Counted from the stretch's first letter, positions 37,985 to 51,476 are shown. The stretch: DNA of 64,000 nucleotides from Chiloscyllium plagiosum (GCF_004010195.1 NC_057719.1:34631692-34695691), one strand, 5' to 3'. Numbers and translations: made by a program. Notes: generated by a model not told the origin, from the sequence alone.

Positions 37985-38573
37985 CAGGTACTGCTGGGAT
38001 AACCTGTGTTTTGGCAGTGCAGTTTGGCTGTAATGTTGATGAAGAATTAGGAAACGGTATTTTGGAGAACACTTAGCTCCGTTGACAATAGCTCAATTCC
38101 AGCAGCGATTGGTTTGTGCACTTTATTCTCTACATGCACCAATGTGGGCGCCAAAATCTCTGTGTATGCACCGGTGTTCTTCCTGTTCTGCATATGCACT
38201 GGTATCTGTGCATGCGCAACATTGAGCCAGTCTTCGTGCCATTCTGCGCATGCACCAAAGTCCCTGCACTGTTCTGCGCATGTGTGATGTCAGCTGCCAA
38301 CAGGACAGCTTTCTGTGAGAGATATTGTACAGAGAGCAGCATTCTTCCATTTTTAAAAAATATACTGTGTTTAATTTACTTTTGTTTCATTAATAAATAT
38401 GACTTCAACCTTTATTCAGGCTGTGCTATACTTTGGGTAATGTTTGAGTGATCGTGAGTGATATGTTTTGTTGGTCTGTTCCAATCCCACTTTTCCCATA
38501 GGCCCCATTATTTCTATTAAGCGATTTTCTATTAAGCTGGAATGCAACAAGAGCATTATAGGAGAACTACCTG
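37985..38573. mobile_element. Non-autonomous Tc1/mariner-type DNA element (~590 bp)
   Basis: Degenerate TIRs CAGGTACTGCTGGGATAAC / ATTATAGGAGAACTACCTG followed by TA; internal TGCGCATGCAC-like repeats; interrupts an old CR1. Confidence 0.55.
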
Positions 38574-39188
38574 TATTCTATGTAGTTGGGGAATGAGCAC
38601 TGATCCTTTGGGCATTGGTCACATTCTGTCATCTCCATTTTCTGGTTTTTGGGATTTTCTTTCTAATCTTTTATGGGATGTGAATGTCGCTGGCAAGGAC
38701 AACATTTGTTGACCATCACTAATTGCTGTCGAACTGTGTGGCTTAAAGGTCAGTTCACGGAATATTTATGGGTCAACCACATTACTGTAGGTCAGGAGTC
38801 ACCTCTAGGCCAGACCAGGTAAGGATGTCAGACTTCCTTTCCTAAAGTACTGTTAGTGAAAGAGTTGGATTTTGTTACAACAACTGCTTGTTAAGCAATC
38901 AATCCATGTTTATGCATCATTCCCATTCTTATGAGCCCTAATATTGGATATTGAAACTTTTCGCATGATTGCTTATCGAATGTGTTCCTAATATCCAAAT
39001 GTACTGCTTCCACTAATTCCATCTCTCACCCGTGTTCATTACACCCTCAAACAATACTAGCTGATTTGTCAAACATAATCTTCCTTTCGTAACTCATGTT
39101 TACACTACATAATTATACTGTGATTTTCCAATTGTCCTGTTACCATGTCCTTAATAAATGATTCTAGCATTGTTCCCTGCTGTTAATG

Positions 39189-39398
39189 GAGAAAGTGAGG
39201 TCTGCAGATGCTGGAGATCAAAGTTGAAACTTTATTGCTGGAACAGCACAGCAGGTCAGGCAGCATCCAGGGAACAGGAGATTCGACGTTTCGGGCACAG
39301 GCCCTTCTTCCTGTGAAGGGCCTGTGCCCGAAACGTCGAATCTCCTGTTCCCTGGATGCTGCCTGACCTGCTGTGCTGTTCCAGCAATAAAGTTTCAA
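39189..39398. mobile_element. Perfect palindromic Penelope-derived mini-element
   Basis: 85-bp arms 39223-39307 / 39315-39399 with no mismatches; 34-nt tail 39189-39222; TSD CCCTGCTGTTAATG 39175-39188 / 39399-39412. Confidence 0.92.
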
Positions 39399-42300
39399 CC
39401 CTGCTGTTAATGTCAGGCTAACTGGTTTACAGTTCCTTGCATCCTCTCACTCTCTTTTCTAAAACAACCATGTTATACTTGACATTTTCGATCAACTGGG
39501 ATAATTCTAAAATCTGTAGGAATTCTGGAAAATCAAAACTAATACATTAATTTGCTATGCAGCCATCTCCTTTAAGACTTTATAGTTCACATCAACACAT
39601 TTATACAAAGTTAGTTTATTTTCCCCCCATAAATTCCTCACTCTCATTAAACCTTTGATTCACATAATTTCTGGTGTGTTCTTTATATTTCAATTGTGAA
39701 GTAGAAATGCCTCCCTACAATATTTTAATAGTAAAAGATAGCATGTATATTCAAGTTGCTATTTGTTTTCAATGGTAAGACATAAACAGTGAGCCTTATT
39801 TTATCAGTAACATTTTTCTCTAACACTGCTTAACAGCTGGAGAGGCACATTACATAACCAGCTTCTGAAATGCCATACCACTGAGGTATAACAATATTTC
39901 CTACATAAATAAGAGCCCTCCTACTGTACAAAGAACATTGAAATGTCATACATTTAGCCTCTATCCCAATTCCTTTGTGTGGAAAGATGAAAAAAATCTG
40001 ATTTTGATTTTTATTGAGAAAACTGCAGCAAAATTACCGTCAGTTTCATATAGCACTCATAATAAAATTATTGCCCTTACATAAATGCTCATTGCTGCTG
40101 AACAATGTACTTATTGATCCCTTTTGCTCGCACATATTTTGTATTTAAAAATGTCTGTTATTATTTTTCTGTTAGACATGGTCAGAGTGCTGTTTCAATT
40201 CATCTAATCATCCTGTTCTATAAAACACTGGAGTCCAGAGATGGCTGAAAATTATATAAATCTGCTTCAAAGTTGCATTAGGAAATGGGCAGCATGCCAA
40301 CTTTGTGGTCAGCTGCCTGAGGATGCTTAAAAGCAGGAGTGCATCTCTTAAAATAAAGTTGTACTACCAATACAATAAGCATTATATTTAATGATAATTA
40401 TTCCCTGCTTTCATCCCAAAACTGCAGACACCGTGCTAAGGGAGTCAATGAGTTAGTGACTGTCCCTAGATATTTTCATGACTCCTTCTAAATGTTGGCA
40501 GTAACAGCAAGACCACTGTTGAGCAAGAGGAGAACTTCTTCAAGTTAGGCATCCTTGCAAGAGGATTCACAGCAAGCCAACTGCCAGCAGCTTTCCCCTG
40601 GCATCATAGCTGCATGAGGTTAGACAACTTCAAAAGCAGCAATGGTGAACATTTACTTTGTAGAGAATTAATGGCTTTATCACGTTTGGCACTTTGATCT
40701 GCAATGTCACTTTCTAGGAGATACAGAATGTCATTAATAAAGGAGTTCTTGAAATGGTTTTTATGTTTAAATCGAGTGCTAAGACATGTCTCAAGGACCA
40801 ATGATATGACAGTTGCCAGGATCATTGAACAATAACAACTTCACTCTCTTTCTTTCTACCAGGTGTTTGAGTGACCCTCCTTCTTCTACAGCTTCCTTGA
40901 GTTTACCCTTGACTTTGTAGCCAATTGAGCTCTGCTGCTGTTGTCCTGCTTCATCCAACTACAAGACACTCCATTTGCTTAGATAGCACACTATGATGAG
41001 GTAAGAACTCTTTCTGGAATCTGCCCATCTGACTACCACCTGATCCACTGCTTTAACAGCCTTTTGCTGTGCTCAGTAATGATCTTGATGTTCTCCTGGC
41101 TTTGATTATATTTGTGTTTCTCCAGTATGGTGTAATTGCAATATGATTCTGGAGCCATGGCTGTAGTGATATTTCCAGTCATCCAGTCACATTCTTGATC
41201 AGTCAAATATTCAGAAGAAAGGTGACCAACATGAGGTAAATGCATTGTGACAGCTATCTGGGTTCCTTACACAAATGTGCATACTTTTGCAATCATAAAA
41301 GACCTGGATACGATTTGAGTGATCTTGGGAGATTGAAATGTCCTTCAGGATAAGCCTAACAGATAAATGAGAATTGGAATTCAATTTTATTCAAGGTAAT
41401 CCTAAATCACTGATCCTACTATGAAAGTAGACCTACAGGCCTGAAAATTGTCAGAAAACAGCACTTAATCTAAATACCTTAAATTCAAGACCTCAAACGA
41501 GCTTAGAAAAATAGAAAGTCCTCGATGCAGAAGACATGAGACAGATTTAATCACAACTGTAATGTTGAGGCTTAACCTAAATCACAGTTAAATATGGTCA
41601 AACAAACTGAAAAATAGTAATTACTTGTAACAGTCATCTCACCACCATAGGGAGGATTAGAAAAGTCTTTGCAAGACCTGGTTAAAAGGGCAATGTTCAA
41701 ATCAGCTCCTAGAAGTAATTTATAATTAAAATAATAGTACTCCAAAACAAAATATTAATTCTAAGTGCATTGCTCCAGATTTCCTATCTGATATTCTTAT
41801 GCCCAATCTTGGAGATGCTTCATTCTTTGCCCATTGATGTATTTATAGCAGTCACAATATTAAATAGTTTATATTTAAGGAACAATTTCCCCATGATGGC
41901 TCATCCAAGGGCTCGACTTACCATTGTTCAAATAAAACTTGAGAAGTGTATTATCTGCTAACAAAATCACATTAAAGCACAGGGTCAACAAACACATGGC
42001 ATTACGATATAATTATCATAATCAGAAAAGCACAAATTCCATCTGCAAAAATAATCTCAGCATTTATTAAACAAATAGCTAGCCATTTAACATGTAGCAA
42101 AATCACTCTTTACCTGATTGTTGAGTGTCCCAATTAAATGAACAGCAGATGACCAAATCTAACAACTTAATTTTACAGATCGAATGAAGCAGTGTCCACT
42201 GCTTTTAGTTCTATGGACTTATTTTGAAGGTTTTATACTTAAGTCTGCAGAAAAAAAAATAGCTGATAGGTCCACAGACATAAGAACTCAGGGCTGATTT

Positions 42301-42559
42301 TACATTTTTGTTGGCTAAGTGTGAGTTGTGTTGAGATTTTTTGGAGGTATTTTTGCTGTAGGGCCTACTGAGAGTTCTCATAGTATCTTCCCAAACTTGC
42401 CTCATTACCCCTACAGCACCATTCACGTCCAACCCTATCCAGCTTATCAAGCACGATTCATGGAAAAACTCGCCACTCAGCTGATGTCCACTCAAAAGCT
42501 GGCAGTCCTTATGTTGTTGTCGTATTTAAAAGACCACTGTGCATCCCGACAAGCACTGG

Positions 42560-43020
42560 CATTCTGAAGCTGCCCTGCTCAGTCAAGGACATCTCCAAAA
42601 ATGTCGGAGAAGTGAAAAATGGTTGGAGTTGCCACCCAGGTCAGTGCTGTCTCCACAGGAAGGGCCCGCAGTGTCATAAGAAGATCAGTTGCCTTCTCCA
42701 CTCTATGGGCATATGTGCCACAGTCTCCTCTTTGCGACCTTACATTCAATCTCTTTCTGCTCATGCAACCACTTTGCACCAAAGCTCATGTTTTACCATT
42801 TTCATTATTGCCTGCTATCTTCTCTCTCCAGTTCTCGCCCCCTCAACCTCCCACACCACTAACCCTGCACACCCTCTGGGCAACCACTGCTCGCACTTTG
42901 GCCTAGCAGCTGTGTCATTCACTTTCATCCCATTCAATTCCTCCCTTTCTCTCATTACAGGAGAAAATAGGCCCTAACAGGACAGAGAACATATTCAGAT
43001 TGAGGGATATCTGACATTAG
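42560..43020 (+). pseudogene. Decayed Harbinger/PIF Myb-SANT-like gene fragment
   Basis: W..VATQVSAVS plus frameshifted QCHKKISCLL (42620-42700); after the acceptor TTTCTCTCATTACAG (ends 42960) there is EKIGPNR, loosely like Harbinger ORF1. Confidence 0.45.
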
Positions 43021-43025
43021 GCTCC

Positions 43026-43288
43026 TGTTACGACACGGGTAAACCCCACCCCCTGCTAATTTAAACCTGCAACACCGAAATGATTTAACCTGTGCTGTAA
43101 TCTGTTAAAATTCGAGAGGCCAAGAACTATCCCAAAAGTCACTATTTAAAGTAAAAACTAACAACTTTATTCTTTTTGTAAACTCTAACAGAGAATAATT
43201 AACTAACAACTATTTACAACTCCTTTCTCTAATCTATTTTTTACTTTCCCTTCTATAACTCTGACCCGATAAAACCCCTCTGATTACA
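43026..43288 (-). mobile_element. Partial LTR of the same family as 16206-16922
   Basis: TGTTACGACACGGGTAAACCCC...GTCACTATTTAAAGTAAAAA is the reverse complement of the 3' part of the 16206 LTR (~16690-16922). Confidence 0.75.
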
Positions 43289-44282
43289 TCTCAACGTGTC
43301 AGTTAGTGCCCAGATACAGAACCAGTCTATCCATGAACCAGCGCTCCCCTAACTTTGTCTGACTTCATGATATTCCAATGTCCAAACAACTTCTGGAGCT
43401 GGACATCAACATTGTGATCAGGGTCATAGACTGATATGCAGTTTTGAGACAATGCTGCTGTGAACCCCATCAGTTCTGCACCTGCCCAGGTCTCAGCCAA
43501 CCCTTCCACATGAGCCTTCACCTGCCACCTTCTCCCCCTAGCCTCCCTACCATCTGAGGTGACATTGCCATATATTAGTATATACTGTCATTCTCATTTT
43601 CCGCCTTGAAGCCAGGGAGTTCCCAACTGTGGATGAACCTCCATCCCATATTATCCCCTTCTCATCCATGCTTTACCATACCCTCCCGGATACTGCTGCC
43701 CCCATCACAATATTCATCCTCAGCCCCCATGTTTGAAGAGTAACGTGTTGAATCTCCTTCCCTTTGCAGCTAACTGGCATTGCAATTAGATAGTACCAGC
43801 GTGCAGGTCATAGTTACGTCAGCAAGTGCTGAGAGAGCAAGCGAGCAGCCCTGAGACACTGTCTGATTCAGTCCTTCAGCTGTCCCCCTGATCATGCAGA
43901 CATGCTGCATATTGTCAGCAGTTGCTGGTGGGTCCTGCAGTGCAGGTCTGTAATTCCTGAAGAGCCTGCCAGTGTTTCAGAGCGGTGTCCATGGTTGAGG
44001 GTTGTGTATTGCTAGTGCCATTGAATCGAGCTGCTGAGATGCTGTTCAGTCATAAGCAACATAAGTCTGTAAGAGCAAGTGGTAAGCTAGGTACCAGCAC
44101 TGATTTCTATGTGTCTAGCTTGTTTCATGCATTTGTTAAGATAGAGAGAGCTGCATATTATTGAGACAGGTTGGCCCATTAATAAGGCATTTAATAAGCT
44201 ATAATCCCCTTAACTGGCAACTCATTGTTACCAGCGAGAACTTCACCATGTCACTTATCGAAAGCATAATAGATAGAGCAAA

Positions 44283-44392
44283 GAGCTTCTGTGGTGCAGT
44301 GGCAGTGTCCCAATCTCTGAGCTGGTAAGGCCCAGGTTCAAGTCCCAGCTAGTGTGTCAGAACATTTCTGAACAGGTTGATTAAAAATATCT
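44283..44392 (+). mobile_element. Short tRNA-derived SINE
   Basis: TGGTGCAGTGG (A box)...GGTTCAAGTCCC (B box); homologous to 2760-2845. Confidence 0.6.
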
Positions 44393-46119
44393 AAAACGTG
44401 GAGCTCCCAATGTTGAGGTGCGCTTGGCAGATTTCCTATTCGATTCTGCCACAAATTTCTCCATTGCTCACACTTGTGTAAGTATCTGCCCTTAGGAAAG
44501 CTGTATTCCAGTTACTCACAAAGTCAAAGTAAAAGTCAAAACAGCAGAAGTGCTAGCTGAGTGGTAGGATGAAGAAAAATTTGGAAATAATATCAACAGA
44601 GTCGAAATTAAATCCCTGGCAGGAAGACGACAAGAGACTCAGCCAATATTAACTGCTGCACCTCATTTACATTCCACTATCTCGCTACCCACTGGAAACA
44701 GGCGTGAAAGAAATAACCAGCTAGATGTTTATCTTAGGACTTCCCACCTGCACTTCCATAAGACTTGGGATGGTGGCTTTTCAAAAACTTTTACCCAAGC
44801 AAATGACAGCAGAGATTGGAGTCATTTCTCTGGGGTTAGTGAAGTACTCATGTTCCTCCTAGTCCCTTAAAAATAAATCCAAAACTTACTTTTCAGGGTC
44901 TCAGCTTCTAGGTTTTGTTGAGAGAGATACCTACCCCAGATGGTTCATTCAGTAAACCCTTTAAAATGCCAAAAGGGATTGTATGTATGTCACGGGGGTC
45001 TGAGTACACTCATAAGGCTCTTTTCTCTGTCAGAAGGACACCTCAACTACCAGCAAAAATAACAGGATGTATCCTGAGAAAGAGAACATTTCAGTCCAGT
45101 TTCGGTCAGGTGGAGGGAATTAAAATTCGTCAAATGGATTTATGATTAACAGAGAGAGACAAGGATCCAGTTTCATATTATATATCACAGCATTTTACGT
45201 TATTGCAGTGCAAGCTTAATGTTACAATTTACAAAATAAAACTTCTCCCCTCAATATGTCTCAACAGTAAAATAAATTGCAAGTGATCACTGCTCTGATT
45301 AAAGTCAGTGAGCACCAATACATTTTGCTATCTAATGCAGCAAATCTAATCTTCAGAGTTCAACTCAGTTAATGAAAAGAAAATTGTGCAGAGATCATCA
45401 TACATAGCTTCTCCTGAGGAGTTATTGTTTAATAATAAAATATGTATAAACTTTCAACAGAAGGAGATGTTTGGCCAACTTAAAATTTGCCTCATGCTGA
45501 TCTAATTGGACTGTGGAAACTTATTAGGTGTTTTTGTAGACCTGCTGCTTACATCTTCAGTTTTTGTATTTTTAAGCATTGGCTGGATTATAATAGTTGA
45601 GATGCTGTTGGCAGGGAAGTCTGGTGGTATGGAGGGTACTAAAAGTTTATGGTATTGTGGTTATCATTGGCTGTTCATCTACTGCATTTGCATCTGATAT
45701 CCAGGTATCCTGACCAATTAGCACAACCACTCACAGTGTTGACCTATACCAATTATTTTCAGTGGAAGAATTGAGAGGAATTGTGTTCAGATGTCCATGT
45801 GTTTGAAGAAAGTGCAGCAGCAGCAGTCTCTAAACCATTCTAAGGCAGCACTATGGTTCACCAATACCTTCCCAGAGCTGACACTGTGGGTTTAAGGTTT
45901 GACAGAGGGATTCTGTTTTCTGTTAATGTGGAGGGGCCAGGGGTAGGAAGAAGCCTGTCACTGGAAACAAAAAGATCTGGTTGGAAATTGCTGAAGTCGC
46001 AACAGGTGTGTGGTGCCATATTCCTGGGTACAGTGCCAAAATAGCTGTATGACCTAGTCAGGGAGTGGGGTGGGGGTGGGGTGAGGAGGGGGTGCAGCGG
46101 CGTGTGGGTGACAAGGCAC

Positions 46120-46890
46120 ATACATAAGAACCAGGAGCATGTACAGGCCATCTGGCCCTTTGAGCCTGCTCTGCAATAAGATCATGGCTGATCATTTCAT
46201 GACCTCAGCTCCACTTACCCACCCTCTCACTGTAACCTTTATTTCCATTACCGTTCAAAAAATTATCTATCATAGCTTTAAATGCAAAGAGGAAGCCTTA
46301 ATGACTTCACTAGGCAGGGAATTCCATAGATTCACAGTGAAAAAGTTCCTCCTCAATTCAGCCCGGAGTCTGCTCCCCCTAATTTTGAGACTATGCCCTC
46401 TTGTCCTAATTTCACCAGCAAGTGGAAACAACCTCCCTGCTTCTATCTTATCTATTCCCTTCTATCTATCTTATCTATAATTTTATCTGTTTCTATAAGA
46501 TCCCCCCTCATTCTTCTAAATTCTAGTGAATATACTATACATCCAGTCAGTCTCTCCTCATAACCCAATCCTCTCAACTTTGGAATCAAACTAGTGTGAA
46601 CCTCCTCTGCACCCCTTCCAGTGCCAGTATGTCCTTTCTCAAACTAGGAGACCGAAACTGCATGCAGTACTCTATTTGTGGCCTCACCAATACCGTATAT
46701 AGCTGTAACATAACCTCTCTGCTTCTAAACTCAATTCTCTAGCAATAAAGGACAATATTCCATTTGCCTTCTTAATCATCTATTACACCTGCAAGCCAAC
46801 CTTCTGTGAGTCATACACAAGGACAATTAGGTCCCTCTGCACAGCAGCATGCTGCCATTTTTCAGCATTCCACGAATAGTGCTTTTTTAT
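46120..46890 (-). mobile_element. CR1 3' fragment
   Basis: CATAAGAACCAGGAGC...AATAAGATCATGGCTGATC tail; AACTGCATGCAGTACTC (minus: EYCMQF). Confidence 0.75.
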
Positions 46891-46974
46891 TGTTATATTA
46901 TAATGTGCAACTAACCCCAATTTCCCTCACTCTGACTTATCCCAAACATCACTCCACACATCAGCTTACACAGA

Positions 46975-47865
46975 ATCAAAGACTCAGTCATAAAACAGGG
47001 CAACAGACCCTTCGATCCAACTCATCTACACCGACTAGATATCCTAAACTGAACCAATCTCATTTACTTGCATTTGGCCCACATACCTCTATGTTCCCAT
47101 ACTGATGCCTTTTAAATGTTTTAATTGTACCCACATCTAGCACTTTATCTGGCAGCTCATTCCATACATGCACCACACCCTGTGTGAAAAGGTGTACCTC
47201 AGGTCTTTTTAAAATCTTTCCCCTCTCACCTTAAACCCATGCCCTCTAATTGTGGACTCCTCTACACTAGGTAAAATGCCATGGCTATTTACCCTATCCA
47301 TGCCCTTCTTGAGTTTATAACTCTCTATAAGGTCACCCCTCAGCCTTAACGTTCAGTCAAAAAAAATCCCAATCCTTACAGCCTCTCCCTAGAGCTCAAA
47401 TCTTCCAACCCTCCAATCTCAACAACAACCCTGTAAATCTTTCTGCACCCTTTCAAGTTTAACAACATCCTTCCTATAGCAGGCTACTAGAATTGTACAC
47501 AGTATCTATAAGTAGCCTTACCAATGTCCTGTACAGCCACAATATGTGTAGCATGGTGGCACAGTGGTTAGCACTGCTGCCTCACAGCACCAGAGACCCG
47601 GGTTCAATTCCTGCCTCAGGTGACTCTCTGTATGGAGTTTGCACGTTCTCCCCATGTCTGCGTGGGTTTTCTCCCACAATCCAAAAATGTGTAGGTTAGG
47701 TGAATTGGCCATGCTAAATTGCCTGTAGTATTAGGGGAATGGGTCTGGGTGGATTACGGGTCGGTGTGGACTTATTGGGCCGAAGGGCCTGTTTCCACAC
47801 TGTAAGTAATCTAATCAACATGACATCCCAACTTATATATTAAATGCACTGACCAACAAAAGCAA
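46975..47865 (-). mobile_element. CR1 3' fragment hosting a SINE
   Basis: CAGACCCTTCGATCCAAC 3' end; colinear with 22760-22940 and 23255-23700. Confidence 0.75.
47547..47815 (+). mobile_element. HE1-like V-SINE with TSD
   Basis: Full A and B boxes; TSD CAATATG 47540-47546 / CAACATG 47816-47822. Confidence 0.9.
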
Positions 47866-47867
47866 TC

Positions 47868-47968
47868 CGAAACAAAACCACAAAGTGCTTGTGAAACTCA
47901 ACAGGTCTGGAAGCAGGTGTGGACAGGAACAGTTAACATTTCAAATCCAGATACCCCTACATCCGAAC
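47868..47968 (-). mobile_element. Highly decayed Penelope-derived mini-element
   Basis: AACTCAACAGGTCTGG...CAGTTAACATTTCA mirrors 31345-31395. Confidence 0.45.
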
Positions 47969-48149
47969 TATATTAATTGCATATTGCACTTTTTACAGAA
48001 TACATCTTTGTCTAAAGTAAATGATGGCTTAACTTGAATTTAGTTTTCTTAATCTGCTGCCAAAAGTTCTCAATCGTGACATTGCAATTTATGATCATGA
48101 GGAGCGCTGCTGTTACTTGCTCATTTACACATTGAGGTAAAAATCAATT

Positions 48150-48520
48150 TGTCCTCCCAGAACAGAATCTTTTTCACAGAAAATAATGCATGTCGTGAAT
48201 GAGGCAGGTGAAGATCAATGCCCAAATGCACAACATGTCCTCCTAGCAAATGAACCTCAAGTGCTGATTTATAAAATTGGCCCTGATGACCTGGTGTCAA
48301 GCATAACAACATTCCGAGACCATCTGGAGCTCCAGATCTGGATCAAGTGCTATCCCCTTCACAGCAACTTGTTCACTACCACCATTGACACTTGGACATG
48401 AGGATTGGCCATTTGAGTGTCATCACAATTGTTGGAGGCACCCGTTATTCATACCCAATGCCTCCAGCTGACAATGATGAAACATAGAGGCAATAACTTG
48501 CGGAAAAGCGTCAGAGTAAG
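48150..48520 (-). pseudogene. Very decayed Harbinger transposase fragment
   Basis: Minus-strand fragments VAVKGIALD..SGA, FINQ and IHD loosely recall the Harbinger motifs PVAVKVxxALxxxxSGSFQ, FINRKG and GSxHD. Confidence 0.3.
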
Positions 48521-48614
48521 CCATGTGGATATTTGATCATGAGAATCGCCAAGGGACTATTTGCCCTGCATTCATCGATCTATTAGAACAAATTTGTAGC
48601 TCTGTAATATATTT

Positions 48615-48960
48615 GACAACATCAAAGGCATCCCACAGCACTTTGCAATCAATGAATTCCCACTGCCATGTAAGTAAACACAGTGGTCGTTTTGGAACAC
48701 ATCAAACAACAATGAGACAAATAACCAGATAATTTATTTCAACAATGCTGATTTGGAGATAAATATGAACTGAGGCACCAGACCAACTCCCTTGGTCAGC
48801 TTTGAATAGAATTGTGAGAAGCTTTGAGTGAGGGCAGACAGGCATTGCTTCCCATAATGCAGCATTCCCTCAGTACCACACAGAAGTTTCAGTTGAGATT
48901 ACATGCTCAAATTTCTGAACTGGGATTTGAACCCTTGATTAATTTAATCAGTCAAGAGTA
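48615..48960 (-). mobile_element. Deu-domain SINE (SacSINE1/AmnSINE-like)
   Basis: CCAGATAAT...GATAAATAT...GCAGCATTCCCTCAGTAC...GGGATTTGAACCC (minus-strand B box). Confidence 0.6.
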
Positions 48961-49230
48961 TGTGGCTTATATATTAGTTTCATTATTTATAAATAATGGA
49001 AACAAATTCTGTGAAACAGAAATCAGTTCATCTGTGAAATATCATCAAAAGAAAAACTGATATCCCTCTATTTTCAATGCCAAGCCTTTTTAAATATTCC
49101 AGAATACTTGCGCTGTATTCTTGCTCATCATCAACTTCACAAAAGAATTATGCTATTTCCCAGTCTGATTCCACCTTCAGGTTCAACCTGACTGAGCAGC
49201 TCAGGATGGGGTGTGAGTTGGCAACAAGAG

Positions 49231-49466
49231 TGAAATAACTCCACACAGGCCAGTATCCTGTCACCAATTCACCCTTTATTTACACATGCATGGTACTTGA
49301 CAGTGATCCGGCTCCCTCAGAGCCAGCTCTGAGAGTGAACAAAATGACCAGTACTCCTGTTTATACCTGTCAGCCAGGACTCTCTGATAGGATCAGATTA
49401 ACAGCCCTAATCATGGAACTCATATTCTATGAGGTCTATCTGGCTGACCTCATTACAATCACTACA
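49231..49466 (-). mobile_element. Short solo LTR (236 bp)
   Basis: Minus strand TGTAGTGATTGTAATGAGG...TATAAA...AATAAA...GGAGTTATTTCA with TG..CA termini. Confidence 0.7.
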
Positions 49467-50269
49467 AAGCATGTGGAGATTTTGGCAGGAACCAAATAAG
49501 GTAGTTTTGCCTTCCTAGTATTTAGACATTCAAAATATTTTATCTGGTAGCAAGGAGGTCGATCACAATAATGCAGCATAACAGATTTGGAAGAGGTAAT
49601 ATCATATATGACTATAAGTACTAAAAAGCATTTCCTGACTTAATGTATCTACCGTAATTAGTCATGAAATGAGTGCAAGAAGCTCGGAGAAGTACAAGTA
49701 GTAATGCTAATATGGGTTCCAACTGAGGAGCATCTACTGGTAGTAGGATTTATCTACTAACTGTACATTTCAATGGATTGAAATGCTTGAGGCATTACAA
49801 AGATAGGCAGCACCAGTAATGACAGGTTAAGAATCATCTCAGGAGGACAACGACAAGCAGCAGCAATAGGCAAAGCAAGAAACTTCATTCTGCTGACTTT
49901 AGACTTTCCTTTCTTGTTTCACTTATAGAGTTATCAACAGTGACAGCGATTATAGAAATGCCAAAGGATAATTCAAGTTTAGCCACTTGGAGATATTGGT
50001 AGATAATGTCAGTGGCATATTACAAATTACATTGTTGCATTGAGAATCTCAAAAAAAAAGCACCTCGAATATTTTAGAAATTTACTGATAAGGCAAAGTT
50101 TTGGCTTTATTGCGTCATATGCTGACCTTTGTTTAATAATCTGACAGGGATTGTGGCTTTCCCATTGCGACAACTGAAGTTTTCGATCTACTTTGATTCA
50201 TTGCGTGGTTGCAATGTCAAATATTTCAATGATTTCTAGGAGTCTCTTGTGCATCAACATACATGATAT

Positions 50270-50390
50270 GGGTGTCTCAACTGGTAACATTGCTTGCCTC
50301 TGACTCACAAGGTTCTGGGTTCAATGTCCATTCTTGAACTTAAAAGTCATGGCCTACAGTGCTAAAAGAATGATGCACTGCCTTTCAAAC
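50270..50390 (+). mobile_element. Deu-type SINE 5' (tRNA) part
   Basis: GTCTCAACTGGTAAC...CCTCTGACTCACAAGGTTCTGGGTTCAATGTCC. Confidence 0.5.
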
Positions 50391-51353
50391 AATTGAGTTC
50401 CTGTCTACTCTCTCAGCTGATTTTAAAAAATTACCGTATGTATAATATTGCATAACAACAAAACTGGAACAAAAATCAGAAACACTTTCTGTCTTCATCA
50501 TTTCACTTGTCAAATCTGAGATAAAAATGTGCCTTAATTCATAGTAGAAAATAAGCAAAATGGAATTGAACACCCATTGTATTTAATGGAATTACATTAA
50601 AATTCTGATTAAACTAGCTAGAACGAGCTATCAGTAATAAATCACCAGTCCATACTAGTTGAATTGAAACGGACAACAAAGAACTAGTAATTGAATAAAA
50701 ATGAATCAGACGAGTTCCTTTAAAGTTTTTTTTTAACAACCTCAGTGAAGGGAGAGCTTTCTGGGGTTGGGGCTACAATTCAGCCATATTTGAGAAGATG
50801 GCTTGTTCCAACCTCCTTCACACATAGGAGGGACTATGTGCTCCACTTTTTCTTTCCCCCTATTCACTTGTCAATTCAAGCCTAGGTATGAATTGTGAAT
50901 GGTGCTAAACATTGTACAATCATTGGTGAGTATTCCCACCAGGTGAATACTCAACTAACAGTTCAGTTGGATCCCCCAAAGTGCAAGTATTTACGCCACG
51001 GAAGACAAGTCAAATGAAATAGTCCTGACACAATACCAATTGTGGCAATCACCAAATGCAAGCTTCTCACAGTTCAGCCATTGATGAAATAAAGTCAGCA
51101 TGAATGCCTGGGATATTTTCATTCCTGTCATCAGGCGCCTCCTAGCTCCCTGACTCTCCATCTGAATGACAGGCACGCATATACCCCACATATATTCTAG
51201 TGGTATCTGCATTTGCTAATGAGTTGCACTATTTGGGGTTAGCCTTTTCCAGTCTCCTCCCTTCCAATTTACCTTCTATTCTCACATGGGCCATAGGGTC
51301 AGTCCTACAAGGGACCATAGGTCACACATTCACCTGACAGATAACCTATGTAT

Positions 51354-51476
51354 CAGTGAAGATGACTTTTGCCCGAAATGTCAATTCTCCTGGTCCTCAG
51401 ATGCTGCCTGATCTGCTGTTCTTTTCCAGCACCACACTCTCGACTCTAATCTCCAGCATTTGCAGTCCTCACTTTT
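51354..51476 (+). mobile_element. Penelope-derived mini-element with decayed hammerhead and tail
   Basis: GTGAAGATGACTTTTGCCCGAAATGTC...GATGCTGCCTGATCTGCTG...CTCCAGCATTTGCAGTCCTCACTTTT. Confidence 0.7.

Noticed and set aside
38116..38451. Cys-rich 111-aa ORF
   Set aside because: Produced by TGCGCATG-type repeats inside a non-autonomous DNA element.
39189..39398. Palindromes (also 37468 and 53644) as DNA-transposon MITEs or pre-miRNAs
   Set aside because: One-sided tails, ~14-bp TSDs, single-arm relatives and homology to the PLE pLTR fit a retroelement origin better.
42114..42244. Minus-strand AG...GT segment with a strong acceptor
   Set aside because: Stops in all three frames; at most a UTR or lncRNA exon, unsupported without transcripts.
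50927..50953. Short hairpins (also ~5612-5635, ~42187-42204, 57497-57516)
   Set aside because: Stems of 8-9 bp can arise by chance in 64 kb and have no supporting context.
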